From: a virus | Reading direction: 5' to 3' (one strand) | Length of the DNA stretch: 64,000 nucleotides | Virus record (IMG/VR): IMGVR_UViG_3300012228_000003 | Coordinates: 3,050 to 67,049 of that record | Shown: piece after piece, positions 24,634 through 34,153 of the stretch | Position numbering within the stretch: the stretch's first letter is position 1 | Layout of the letters: each line of letters begins with the position of its first letter | The notes under the pieces: model-generated | The model's input: the letters and a program-made list of their open reading frames with translations, nothing else | Told to the model about the DNA's origin: nothing | Databases searched by the model: none | Made by a program: the position numbers and the translations under genes

Positions 24634-24888
24634 ATGAGAAGGGAATTGACGAAGGCCGAGATCGGATACATGAAGCGAGAGGTCGAGGCTCACATCCAAC
24701 TTCATGGCGGCGGAGCTGCTCACGTCAAGTATCACAAGCAGAATCAATACGTCGAAGCATGGATCGCAGTCTACATGACTGATCGCAGAATCGCTAAGGT
24801 TCGCTTCTATGCGACTGGCGACCTCTACGAGATGACGACCGAGTCAGGCATCCTCTCTCACAACTATCAGCAAGCTATCTGCGTTTAG
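24634..24888 (+). CDS. Hypothetical early protein
   Basis: First ORF after the rightward promoter. Confidence 0.55.
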   Translation: MRRELTKAEIGYMKREVEAHIQLHGGGAAHVKYHKQNQYVEAWIAVYMTDRRIAKVRFYATGDLYEMTTESGILSHNYQQAICV

Positions 24889-24943
24889 TTTCCCTTTCCT
24901 CTTTTCAAGGGGCAGGGAACCTAACAAGACCCTGCCAAATTTC

Positions 24944-25996
24944 ATGCCGAGATTGATTGATGACGTGGTCGAGGTCAAGCCCGATGACGTCAAGGTCCTC
25001 GAACCGATTGAACTCGAATGGACCAAGGACAAAGAGGGGGTCTATCACCACGACCACTTCTGCATCGTTCCCTCCGGCGGCAAGTTCGCCCTCGAAGTGA
25101 CCGAGAGCAAGGGCAAGAAGGCTCGCAAGGCGACCCAAGCCTGCAAGGGTCCCCTGAAGGTCTGCAAGGGGTTCGCCCTGGACATCTCCGAGGGCAGACT
25201 GGTCAAGACGGAGTCGGGGAACTGGGGAGCGCCTCCAGTACCCGAAGTCAAACCTTTCAAAATGCCAGGTCATGGCAGGAAACTCAAGCTATGTCCTGAG
25301 ACTACTCCCGAGGAGCTAGCAGCACTAGGTATTAATCCGATCTCTGAGGATGACTCTGCTATCATCAATGCAGCTTGCGAGGCCGGAGCTGCGGCGGTCG
25401 AAGCGGTCAAGGCCGAGACGATCCCCGAAGCCGTCCACGTCTCCTCCCTCGTCGGCGCCATCTCGATCCTCTCCCGCGAGTATCCGATCTCCGCCCTGCC
25501 CCCCGGCTCTCACTTCTCTCAGGGGGGTCGGTTCGGGACATTTATCGAAATGGTCGGCAGCGACGCCAAGGTCGAGTGGGACGGCAAGACGACTCAGTGG
25601 TCCGGGGCATCTCCGGTCAAGTGGGCCGCAGAGAGGCCAATCAAGACCGAGACGAAGTCTCCGAAGCAGAAAGCCGAGCCGGAGATCGCCGTTCACAAAG
25701 ATGGTACCATCTCCGTAAATACCTCCTCGACTCCCGCCACGCAGAAGGCTCCTGTAACTCCCAAGGCCGACAAGTCGATCTTCGGCCATCACGTCAAGCG
25801 AGTCATCATGGCGATGACCGTCGCCTCCTTCACGGCCAAGGAGATTGCCTCGGTAGTCAAGGCCCATCACATCGACGTCGCCCCCGCTCGGATCGCGACG
25901 GTGATGAACTACGCCAAGACGGGCAAGGAGGGTGATCCCGCAGCCCTGACCCCCGACCAGCTCAAGCAACTCAAGAACGTCGTCGGCAAGAAGTAG
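24944..25996 (+). CDS. Hypothetical protein (starts MPRLIDD), possible C-terminal HTH
   Basis: 350-aa ORF with phage-typical codon usage. Confidence 0.7.
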   Translation: MPRLIDDVVEVKPDDVKVLEPIELEWTKDKEGVYHHDHFCIVPSGGKFALEVTESKGKKARKATQACKGPLKVCKGFALDISEGRLVKTESGNWGAPPVPEVKPFKMPGHGRKLKLCPETTPEELAALGINPISEDDSAIINAACEAGAAAVEAVKAETIPEAVHVSSLVGAISILSREYPISALPPGSHFSQGGRFGTFIEMVGSDAKVEWDGKTTQWSGASPVKWAAERPIKTETKSPKQKAEPEIAVHKDGTISVNTSSTPATQKAPVTPKADKSIFGHHVKRVIMAMTVASFTAKEIASVVKAHHIDVAPARIATVMNYAKTGKEGDPAALTPDQLKQLKNVVGKK

Positions 25997-26025
25997 ACTC
26001 ACCACAACCTCAAGGAGACCCAACC

Positions 26026-26235
26026 ATGCAAGCACTGCAAGCGGAACCCCTGACCCTCTGCGCAGCTCCGGCGATTAGCGCCGAAGCCGTCGCGGAGTCC
26101 GAGCTGCCTTCGGGCTACTCGGTCCTCGTCAAGACCGGCAAGGACCACGAGCTAGGACAGAGCGAGACTCCGGGCATCACCTACCAGAAGTGCGGCGGCG
26201 GACGCCGCATCCTTCGCAACCGAATAAAGGATTGA
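26026..26235 (+). CDS. Hypothetical protein
   Basis: AAGGAG RBS. Confidence 0.55.
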   Translation: MQALQAEPLTLCAAPAISAEAVAESELPSGYSVLVKTGKDHELGQSETPGITYQKCGGGRRILRNRIKD

Positions 26236-26239
26236 CCCC

Positions 26240-26434
26240 ATGAATCGCTGGTCCCTGCTCTACCTGCTCTTGGCCTTCCTGTTCGCAGTCTCCGTCCTCA
26301 TCGACATCTGGCTCGCCATCGTCTCCGAGGACCCCGAGGCCGCGAACTTCTGGCTGGTCATGGCGGCAGTTCAATCGGTTGCGACCGTCGGTGCCGTGGT
26401 CCTCTCAATCAACAGCAACAAGGAGTCCAAGTGA
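26240..26434 (+). CDS. Small two-TM membrane protein
   Basis: Two hydrophobic segments. Confidence 0.6.
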   Translation: MNRWSLLYLLLAFLFAVSVLIDIWLAIVSEDPEAANFWLVMAAVQSVATVGAVVLSINSNKESK

Positions 26435-26706
26435 TGTGCTATCGATGCTCAATCTGCGAGGCCAACGTCGGTCCGAGGATCGGCCTCAACCGTCACGTCA
26501 TCTACAGGACCGTCACGAAGTGGCCCTCGACGACTCCGATCCTGGAGATCGAGCGAGAGCTACCTATCTGCGGTCCCTGCAAGACGCTGCTCGATCAGGG
26601 ATTCCCCCTCGTCAAGGTCCGCTACATACGCCTGCCGAAGCCCTCGGCGGCTCCCATCAACCTGCCGTCAAGTGCCCCTGCCCTGCAAGCCGAAGCAATC
26701 GTCTAA
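26431..26706 (+). CDS. Small Zn-binding protein
   Basis: CSIC...ICGPC; GTGA overlap. Confidence 0.6.
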   Translation: MMCYRCSICEANVGPRIGLNRHVIYRTVTKWPSTTPILEIERELPICGPCKTLLDQGFPLVKVRYIRLPKPSAAPINLPSSAPALQAEAIV

Positions 26707-26714
26707 CCTCAACC

Positions 26715-26747
26715 GGCGGCCTCCTCAGTTCGAGGGGCCGCCTCTTT
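26715..26747 (+). terminator. Terminator-like hairpin
   Basis: GGCGGCC...GGCCGCC followed by TCTTT. Confidence 0.45.
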
Positions 26748-26764
26748 CACAACGGAGTTTCACC

Positions 26765-28315
26765 ATGCCGAAGTTGCAAGAAGAGAAGCTCTCGGTCGCC
26801 AAGAAGCCTATCGTCAACAAGCCTGCGCCGACTCCTGCGGTCGCGGCAATCGAGAAGCGAGCCGTCGTCTACTCCGAACTCAAGGCCAGCCTGATGGTCG
26901 GGGAGCAAGTCTTCACCGAGGAGCTAGCCAAGAAGATTCTCAAGTGGGAGGCCGAGAAGGACTTTCAGGCTCGGATGATCGCGGCCAACCCCAAGACGAC
27001 CGAGGACTCCTGGCAGTTCAAGGAGGACTTCTTGCTCAAGGACGAGGAGGGCAACAAGGTCCGCTGCTGGAACGTCGTCAACAACCGACCCTTCGACGAC
27101 ACCCACTGCCGGGGCCTCGCTCAGAGCCTCCTGACCCGACGCTGGGCCGACTCTCGGAACGGCAAGGGCTGGAGCATCAACGGCGAGTCAATCATCCTCT
27201 CGAACACGGCCAGAGTCGACTCCGGCCAGCATCGCCTCATAGCCCTGATCCTGGCCTGCCAACTCTGGCGCAAGAATCCGAAGCGCTGGAACCTCTGGAC
27301 CGAGGCCCCCTCAATGGAGGGACTGCTGGTGACCGGGGTCTCGGAGGAGGTCACGCAGACGCTGGACAACGTCAAGCCCCGAAGCGTCAGCGACATCCTG
27401 ATCACCTCGAACCACTTCGCGACCGAGGTCGTCAACGGCAAGAAGGTCCCGATGAGCAACGCGGGAAAGAGGGAGTGCAGCAGGATGCTGGAGAAGGCCA
27501 TCGACTTCGTCTGGAATCGGACCGGGACCGGGGCAGCCTACAAGACCCAGCAGGCTTGCCTCGACTTCCTGGCCGCTCATCCGACCATCGAACCGCTGGT
27601 CAAGCACCTCTTCGACGAGAACAAGAACCGAGGCATCTCCTTGCTGCGCCTCTCTCCTGGTCAGATGGCAGGCGTAGCCTTCCTGATGGCCGGGTCAGCC
27701 TCGGATGAGCTGACCTATCGCAAGGGGACTCCCCCTTCCGAGAAGCAGATGAGCATGAGCCGACTGTCCCAGGCTCAGGACTTCTTCGTCCTGCTCGCTG
27801 GCAAGGCGAAGCAGGTCGCGGCGGTTCATCACGCCATCGGGGGTCTCGTGGGAGATGATGCCGAAGGCTTGGGGGGTCGGCTCTCCGAGAAGCTCGCCAT
27901 CTTGTCAAGAGCTTGGGCGGTCCTGGCTGCCGACCCCAAGGCCGTCGTCTCCGAGCACGACGTCGCCCTGACCTACTGGGACGACGAGGAGGGAGTCAAG
28001 CATCTGCTCGCCGGTCCCGATGGCTACGTCAACTGCTTCGGCGGGATCGACATGGGCGAGAAGGTCAAGAAGACCTCAAGCGAGGACGGAGTCAACGGCC
28101 AGGTCGGCGCCGAGGGCAAGTCCCCGACCCCGGCTCAGATCGAGAAGGCCAAGGAGGAGGCCAAGGCTCGCCGAGCTGCGCAGGCCCAGAAGATCATCGA
28201 CGAGCGGAACAAGAAGAGGGACAACGCTCCGGTCCCGGTCAAGCCGCCAGCCCCGAAGATGCTGCCGACCGCTGCAAATAAAAAGGCCAGAGAAACGGCA
28301 TCAGGCAAGAAGTAG
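26765..28315 (+). CDS. ParB-like (DGQHR-type) domain protein
   Basis: NNRP, NGESII, DSGQHRLIAL, TLDNVKPRS. Confidence 0.7.
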   Translation: MPKLQEEKLSVAKKPIVNKPAPTPAVAAIEKRAVVYSELKASLMVGEQVFTEELAKKILKWEAEKDFQARMIAANPKTTEDSWQFKEDFLLKDEEGNKVRCWNVVNNRPFDDTHCRGLAQSLLTRRWADSRNGKGWSINGESIILSNTARVDSGQHRLIALILACQLWRKNPKRWNLWTEAPSMEGLLVTGVSEEVTQTLDNVKPRSVSDILITSNHFATEVVNGKKVPMSNAGKRECSRMLEKAIDFVWNRTGTGAAYKTQQACLDFLAAHPTIEPLVKHLFDENKNRGISLLRLSPGQMAGVAFLMAGSASDELTYRKGTPPSEKQMSMSRLSQAQDFFVLLAGKAKQVAAVHHAIGGLVGDDAEGLGGRLSEKLAILSRAWAVLAADPKAVVSEHDVALTYWDDEEGVKHLLAGPDGYVNCFGGIDMGEKVKKTSSEDGVNGQVGAEGKSPTPAQIEKAKEEAKARRAAQAQKIIDERNKKRDNAPVPVKPPAPKMLPTAANKKARETASGKK

Positions 28316-28416
28316 CGACCTCTCGCGGACGCCGCAACGGACTGCGGCGCGAGCCGAGCGGCCGTGAGCTAATCCAATAGGGACCAGAGCCGCGAACCTT
28401 CTTTCAGGAGTCAGCA

Positions 28417-31398
28417 ATGCTGTACGTCTGCAATCTGTGCGAGATCGAGATAGAGTCCCCGGAGCAATCGCTCTTGCCGGCTAAGACGGGAGGATGCCTT
28501 CACGTCTGGGAGGATAAGAAGAGCATGGACCCTACGTCCAAGACCTTGAAGGCAACATCGTCCCTCTCAGCGATCTCGGAGCCGACGATGACCAAGCCTT
28601 GCGAGACTACGAGCGATGGTGTGACCGCCAGCAACGCTGAACCATTCATCGTTCCCCCCTCGAAGCTCTCCTTCGGCGGCAAGACTGCCTTCCGCAATCG
28701 ACCCTCTCCTCTCGCCAATCGCCTCAAGGAGCAAGCTGATAACTTCATCCCCCACCTCATCGTCGAGGCTCGCGCAGGAACCGGGAAGACGACGACCCTC
28801 GTCTGGGGCATCCTGAGCATGTTCCGCCAGCGCTGCCCCGGAATCTGGGAGAGGCTCAAGTCGGTCATCGGCTTCGAGCCGGTCCCTTCCCCGCAGCAGG
28901 CAAAGATCTGGGAGGCGATGGCTCTCTCCTCGAACGCCAAGACGATTCAGTTCACCGCCTTCAACAAGGCCCTTCGCAATGACCAACCAATCTTGACCCC
29001 TGATGGCTGGAAGCAAATCGGAGATGTAGAGATCGGAGACTTAGTTTTCGGTCCCGACGGTAAACAGTACCCCGTAATCAAGGTCAATCACCTAGGCTTG
29101 CGTCCAATCTACGAAGTTCTCTTTAGCGACGGTACGGAGGTTTTAGCAGATGAGGAACATCTCTGGATGACAGAAACAATCAAATATCAACCTGGGAATA
29201 GCAAAGGATGGTACAAGCGAGAGCGATGGTCACTTAAGACAACTAAACAGATCATGGACACCGTCGAAGGAGTTCATCGCGTTCCCCATCTCTCAAGCCC
29301 AGTAGAGCATCCTACGAGAGAACTGCCCCTCGATCCCTACCTCCTCGGTGCCCTGATCGGTGATGGCTCCTTCGTCTACAACGCAGTCTCGTTTTGCTCC
29401 GCCGAAGATGATATGACTGAGCTAGTTAGGCAGACTATCCCAGAAGAGTGTGAAATGATCTCTACTGGAGATGGTCGGCTCGGTTGGAGAATAGTTGCTA
29501 AGAACAGAAGGCGAACGATGGCCCTAGGAAGCAATCCTGTGCTAAATGCTCTTCACGGGCTAGGACTTCACGGCAAGAGATCAGGAGAGAAATTCATCCC
29601 TGAGAAATACCTCTTCGCCGACGTTAACCAGCGCCTCGCGATGGTACAAGGACTGATGGACACCGATGGATGCTCCAACGGAGTTATGTCCCCCTTCGTC
29701 ACGACTAGTCATCTCCTAGCCTATGGGGTACAGCACCTTGTACAGTCCCTTGGCGGAGTCTGCTCCGTATCATTCAAGAAGTCTAGCGAACCTCAGAACA
29801 GCGACTCGTACTGGGTCAATGTCAGGCTCCCTGTTTTCATGTGCCCCTTCCGGCTCCCTCGCAAGATCAACTCTTGGAAGCCGAGAGAGCGAGAGGAGCA
29901 GACTCCTCGCAAGATCATCTCAGTCTCAAGGACTGCCGATGCAGAGGCAACCTGTATCACCATCAATTCCCCTGATCATCTCTTCCTGACTGCCGGTTGC
30001 ATCCCGACGCACAATAGTATCGTCCGCGAGTTCGAGGGCAAGTGGGGGTGGGTGCAGACTGCTCTGCGAGAGGTCGGCGTGACCCTGAACTTCAACACCA
30101 ACCACAGCATAGGCTTCGCTGCGGTTCGCAAGGCTTTCCCTCGCATCGAGGTCTCGGAGTATCGGGTGATGGACCTGATCTCCGAGGTGCTCGGTCAGGA
30201 CATCCGCGAGCTACGCCGGAACAAGTTCGAGATGCTCAAGGGCACGGAGCGTCTGGTCGGTCTCTGCAAGATGAACCTGCTCGACGGAGAGGACGCGGAT
30301 GAACTCCAGAAGCTCGTCTCTCATCACGACCTGGGCATCGACGGCTTCAAGAGCGAGGTCTTCGGCCTGGTGCCGAGGATCATCGCTCTCTGCAAGGACC
30401 CCTCGAAGGACCGGCGGATCGACTACGACGACATGGTCTGGCTGCCTGTCGTGCATCGCCTCAACATGGCCAAGAACGACCTCCTGTTAGTTGACGAAGC
30501 ACAGGACCTGAACCGCTGCCAGCAAGCCCTCGCGAAGATGGCCGGGCATCGCCTGATCCTGGTCGGCGACCCGAAGCAGGCCATCTACGGCTTCGCGGGC
30601 GCCGACGTCGAGTCGATGCCGAGGATGCACCAAGAGCTTGCCGGGAATGCGAACATCCCTCGCTGCGAAGTCCTGCCCCTGACCATGACTCGGCGCTGCG
30701 GCAAGGCCATCGTCAGGGAGGCCAACAAGATCGTGCCGGACATCGAGGCATTCCCGACGAATCCCGAAGGCGAAGTCCTGCAAGCGCTCTACCCGACCTT
30801 CGAGCGGAACGGCAAGACCGAGGAGCGGAAGTTCGAGGAGACCTATCTGGCACTGGTGCAGGACGGCGACATGGTCCTCTGCCGAGTCAATGCTCCGCTG
30901 GTGTCCCAGTGCTTCAGGTTCCTTAAGCGGGGCATCAAGGCCAACATCCAGGGTCGGGACGTCGGGCAGGGATTGATAACGACCATTCAGAAGATGGGAG
31001 CCGAGAACCTGCCGACCCTCGTCGCGAAGATCGGAGACTGGCTGGAGCTGGAGTCGAACAAGGAGCGAGCCAAGCGCAACCCCTCGGAGTCGAGGATCAT
31101 CGCCCTGCAAGACCGGCACGACTGCATCCTCGCTTTCACGGAAGGAGCGAAGGAAGTGACCGACGTCATAAAGAAGATCGAGAGCATCTTCACCGATGAC
31201 CGGACCAGGGCGGGGATCAGGCTGTCATCCGTGCACAAGGCAAAAGGTTTGGAGGCAAAGCGAGTGTTTATCCTCCAGCCAAAAGGCGCTGCAATCCCTC
31301 ATCCCCTCGCCAAGAGTCCTTGGCAGGTCGGACAGGAGTACAACTTGCTCTACGTCGCCATCACCAGAGCCATCAACCAACTCTACTTCGTCAGCTAA
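28417..31398 (+). CDS. UvrD/Rep-like SF1 helicase, intein-containing
   Basis: ARAGTGKTT, AFNK, VDEAQD, VGDPKQAIYGFAGA, TRRC, SVHKAKGLE, YVAITRA. Confidence 0.9.
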   Translation: MLYVCNLCEIEIESPEQSLLPAKTGGCLHVWEDKKSMDPTSKTLKATSSLSAISEPTMTKPCETTSDGVTASNAEPFIVPPSKLSFGGKTAFRNRPSPLANRLKEQADNFIPHLIVEARAGTGKTTTLVWGILSMFRQRCPGIWERLKSVIGFEPVPSPQQAKIWEAMALSSNAKTIQFTAFNKALRNDQPILTPDGWKQIGDVEIGDLVFGPDGKQYPVIKVNHLGLRPIYEVLFSDGTEVLADEEHLWMTETIKYQPGNSKGWYKRERWSLKTTKQIMDTVEGVHRVPHLSSPVEHPTRELPLDPYLLGALIGDGSFVYNAVSFCSAEDDMTELVRQTIPEECEMISTGDGRLGWRIVAKNRRRTMALGSNPVLNALHGLGLHGKRSGEKFIPEKYLFADVNQRLAMVQGLMDTDGCSNGVMSPFVTTSHLLAYGVQHLVQSLGGVCSVSFKKSSEPQNSDSYWVNVRLPVFMCPFRLPRKINSWKPREREEQTPRKIISVSRTADAEATCITINSPDHLFLTAGCIPTHNSIVREFEGKWGWVQTALREVGVTLNFNTNHSIGFAAVRKAFPRIEVSEYRVMDLISEVLGQDIRELRRNKFEMLKGTERLVGLCKMNLLDGEDADELQKLVSHHDLGIDGFKSEVFGLVPRIIALCKDPSKDRRIDYDDMVWLPVVHRLNMAKNDLLLVDEAQDLNRCQQALAKMAGHRLILVGDPKQAIYGFAGADVESMPRMHQELAGNANIPRCEVLPLTMTRRCGKAIVREANKIVPDIEAFPTNPEGEVLQALYPTFERNGKTEERKFEETYLALVQDGDMVLCRVNAPLVSQCFRFLKRGIKANIQGRDVGQGLITTIQKMGAENLPTLVAKIGDWLELESNKERAKRNPSESRIIALQDRHDCILAFTEGAKEVTDVIKKIESIFTDDRTRAGIRLSSVHKAKGLEAKRVFILQPKGAAIPHPLAKSPWQVGQEYNLLYVAITRAINQLYFVS
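28969..30015 (+). mobile_element. Class 3 intein (Ala1) with LAGLIDADG homing endonuclease, 349 aa
   Basis: Starts ALRNDQPILTPDGW; HLW (block B), TCITI (block F), PTHN/S (block G); LGALIGDG and QGLMDTDG; lower GC. Confidence 0.9.
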
Positions 31399-31410
31399 GG
31401 AGAAACTATC

Positions 31411-31740
31411 ATGCAACAAGAACCGATATGCCCACCAGAAATCTTAGCAGAACTCAAGCCAAGGAAATGCCCAGCTTGCGATGCCGACTGCATTCCAAGA
31501 CAGGGGGGATTCAGCAAGCATCGCTGGTTCATGGGATGCCCGAAATACCCAAGATGCCCAGGCAAAGCTCCCTCGTTGACTTTAGACAGCAAAGGACGAG
31601 CAACCAAGAAGCTCTCTAGAACCTATGCTTTCATCAACCACATGGGGAGCATCAAGGAAGCAGAAGCCTGGCTGAAAGTTGCTGCTCAAATCATTCTTAT
31701 CCAGAAGGGCAAAACTGACGGCCCCCCCTTCGATTCCTAG
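31411..31740 (+). CDS. Protein with topoisomerase-type C4 Zn ribbon
   Basis: KCPAC...FMGCPKYPRC; AAGGAG RBS. Confidence 0.65.
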   Translation: MQQEPICPPEILAELKPRKCPACDADCIPRQGGFSKHRWFMGCPKYPRCPGKAPSLTLDSKGRATKKLSRTYAFINHMGSIKEAEAWLKVAAQIILIQKGKTDGPPFDS

Positions 31741-31770
31741 CCATCCAGGGACAGAAAGGCAAGAATCCCC

Positions 31771-31829
31771 AGAGAAGCCCCCGCGAGTCGTTCCTAGCCT
31801 GCGCTAGAACGGTTTCCGGGGGCTTCTCT
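31771..31829. terminator. Long hairpin at the convergence of the two transcription units
   Basis: AGAGAAGCCCCCG/CGGGGGCTTCTCT 13-bp perfect arms with further internal pairing. Confidence 0.7.
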
Positions 31830-31834
31830 CGTGT

Positions 31835-32839
31835 CTATTCGGGAAAGAAGTCGCGAAGAACGGAGAAAGCCCTAGCGACCGAAGCCTGGGTCGTGATGCC
31901 CGGCTGGATCGGCAGGTACATCACACAGGCTGCGAAGTGACTCGACCGAGGGTAGTAGCTGCTCTTGACCAGTTGGCAATCCCTGAACTCCTCCTGCTCG
32001 TGCATCGGCTTGAAGGCATGACGAGCGGCAATCCCCTCCTTCTTCAGCGCCGCGATGACTCGGTCAAAGCAGAGCAAGCCGCTGGAAGGGAGACGGAGGT
32101 CGTAGACCCACGGCGCGTCTCGCGGCGGCATCCTCCAGGTCGGAGGGCAGGCATCATCGTACCATCGCTCGATGAGTCGCCGCCCCATATTGGCGAACTT
32201 GAAAGCCTCCAAGCTCTTCAAAACCAGCTCCGCATGTGCGTTGCTCATCCGGTAGTTGTGACCGCGAGGGACGTGGTTGAAGTCGTGGGCCTCGGTGAAG
32301 CCCAGCGACCGAAGCTGCCTCGCCAGCGCAGCGTGCTTCGGGTCGCGGAACCAGACGGCCCCGCCCTCCTCGCCGGCGACGATCTTGTTACGGTAGAAGG
32401 ACCAGCAGGCGGCATCGGTATACTTGCTAGGCTTGACCCCATGAGCCTCAGCGAGGTCTTCTACTACCTTAGCAGAGATTGGGGAGGACATCCACGACTC
32501 CATATCTACTCTTCGTCCGTAGATGTGAACTGCTAATATGCACCTAACGTCATTAGGTCTAGGCATCTGAACGATACCGCACTTGAACTTCAACTCAGAG
32601 TCCATGTTAAGGTCGTCCCCGCAATCGACGAAAACAGGCTCCAGTCCCGCCAGCACCACAGCGCGGGGGCAGGCGACCATCGTGAAGTCCGGCACCAGGA
32701 CCTTCGAGCCTGGCGGGAGCTGCAAGCTCTCCAGCGCCAGGTGCAGGGCGGCGGTCCCACTGGAGCAGGCGACCATACCAACAGGGTCGAGGTCGTTGAA
32801 GGCTGCCCACTCTTGCTCAAGTCGTTGATATGCTTCCAT
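31835..32839 (-). CDS. DegT/DnrJ/EryC1/StrS sugar aminotransferase
   Basis: SSGTAALHLAL, VHIYG, EDLAEAHG, SFYRNKIVAGEEGG, GHNYRMSN. Confidence 0.9.
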   Translation of the reverse strand: MEAYQRLEQEWAAFNDLDPVGMVACSSGTAALHLALESLQLPPGSKVLVPDFTMVACPRAVVLAGLEPVFVDCGDDLNMDSELKFKCGIVQMPRPNDVRCILAVHIYGRRVDMESWMSSPISAKVVEDLAEAHGVKPSKYTDAACWSFYRNKIVAGEEGGAVWFRDPKHAALARQLRSLGFTEAHDFNHVPRGHNYRMSNAHAELVLKSLEAFKFANMGRRLIERWYDDACPPTWRMPPRDAPWVYDLRLPSSGLLCFDRVIAALKKEGIAARHAFKPMHEQEEFRDCQLVKSSYYPRSSHFAACVMYLPIQPGITTQASVARAFSVLRDFFPE

Positions 32840-33027
32840 TATTGGCACTCGCAGACTGTGACGTTGTAGGCTTTGATAATTTGTATCGTACTGTCATCTA
32901 TGCTATAAGTCTTGCGGAGTTCTTTGACTTTGGCTTCAGCTTCGTCAATGTCTTTGAACTCCTCGAATCCGCAATCATGGCCCTGCATGATGCAGCCACC
33001 GCAGTTCCAGTAGACAAAGATTTGCAT
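32839..33027 (-). CDS. Hypothetical AT-rich small protein
   Basis: Tightly coupled to both neighbours. Confidence 0.5.
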   Translation of the reverse strand: MQIFVYWNCGGCIMQGHDCGFEEFKDIDEAEAKVKELRKTYSIDDSTIQIIKAYNVTVCECQ

Positions 33028-33028
33028 T

Positions 33029-34153
33029 TTACTTCTCCCAGGGCCACTTGCGACCGTTGCTCTCGAACCACTTGATCGTCCTGCGCAAGGCCTCGTCGAG
33101 AGAAGTCAGCTCGTCGAGCAAGCATCCATGAGAGTTGCTAAGGCTTCCGCGAATCTTCTTCACGTCTGCCTGAAGATGCCATATCTCCCACGGCCTTACC
33201 CTTGCCTCGTCCCTCTCGACCTTGACGTCGGCGAACCCCATCAGCTTGCCGATCAGCTTAGCGAGGTCATACATCTTGATGCCAGTCTCGCTGCCAAGGT
33301 TGTAGACCTCTCCGAACTGCCCGCGCTCCAGCAGCTCGACCGCGATCTTGATCGCATCGCCGGCATAGAGGAAGTCGCGGAAGCTGTCGTTGCCGAGGCG
33401 GACGACGTTAGTTCCGCCAGGTCCGTAGATGCTCTTCGACCCGCCGCAGGTGAAACACTCTTTGTGTTCATATCCGGTGGCGGTCGATTCTCTCCTCGTC
33501 CCCGTTCGATGGCACTTCATGCAGTATTGCTTGTTCAGTTGACTGATGATCTCCGGCACGATGTAGGGATGGGTCTCCCTCTCGCCGACGCAGTTGAACT
33601 GTCGTAGGGCGATGCACGGTATCTTGGCCTCCCGCCACCGAACTTGCACCCAGTTGTCCACCGCTGCCTTAGCGACCCCGTAGGAGGAGTGAGGAGTAAC
33701 AGGGAATCCTTCTCCTATCCTTATATCGTCCTCTTCGGTAGGCTCTACCGTGAATGGAACATCACCGTATATCTCGGCGCTGCTAACCTGGAGGATGGCC
33801 TCGGCACCGGCCTCCTGCGCTGCGTTGATGACCTTCATCGCCCCCATGTAGTTGACGTCGGCGACGTGGATCGGTCGGGCAAAGGAGACGGGGATGTAGG
33901 GATAGGCCGCATAGTTGAAGCAGAACTGCGCTCCGAAGCCATAGAGCAGGCGCCACAGCCTATCCTCGCTGCCGGTGATGTCGTGGTGCTCGAAGGTAGC
34001 CTTCGGATGGACGAACTCCCTGCGGCCTGCGCAGAGGTTGTCGATCACCAAGACGTCGCAGCCCCGATCCTCGACGAGATGATTGACGAGGTGCGACCCT
34101 AGAAAACCTGCACCACCAACGACGACCACATTGCAATCTCGAATCGTTCTCAC
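33029..34153 (-). CDS. NDP-sugar epimerase/4,6-dehydratase (extended SDR)
   Basis: GGAGFLGSH, SSAEIYG, YGVAK, RQFNCVG, RDFLY. Confidence 0.9.
   Translation of the reverse strand: MRTIRDCNVVVVGGAGFLGSHLVNHLVEDRGCDVLVIDNLCAGRREFVHPKATFEHHDITGSEDRLWRLLYGFGAQFCFNYAAYPYIPVSFARPIHVADVNYMGAMKVINAAQEAGAEAILQVSSAEIYGDVPFTVEPTEEDDIRIGEGFPVTPHSSYGVAKAAVDNWVQVRWREAKIPCIALRQFNCVGERETHPYIVPEIISQLNKQYCMKCHRTGTRRESTATGYEHKECFTCGGSKSIYGPGGTNVVRLGNDSFRDFLYAGDAIKIAVELLERGQFGEVYNLGSETGIKMYDLAKLIGKLMGFADVKVERDEARVRPWEIWHLQADVKKIRGSLSNSHGCLLDELTSLDEALRRTIKWFESNGRKWPWEK

Noticed and set aside
24376-28315. Lysogeny module
   Set aside because: Divergent promoters are present, but no integrase, ParA or CI-like repressor was recognised
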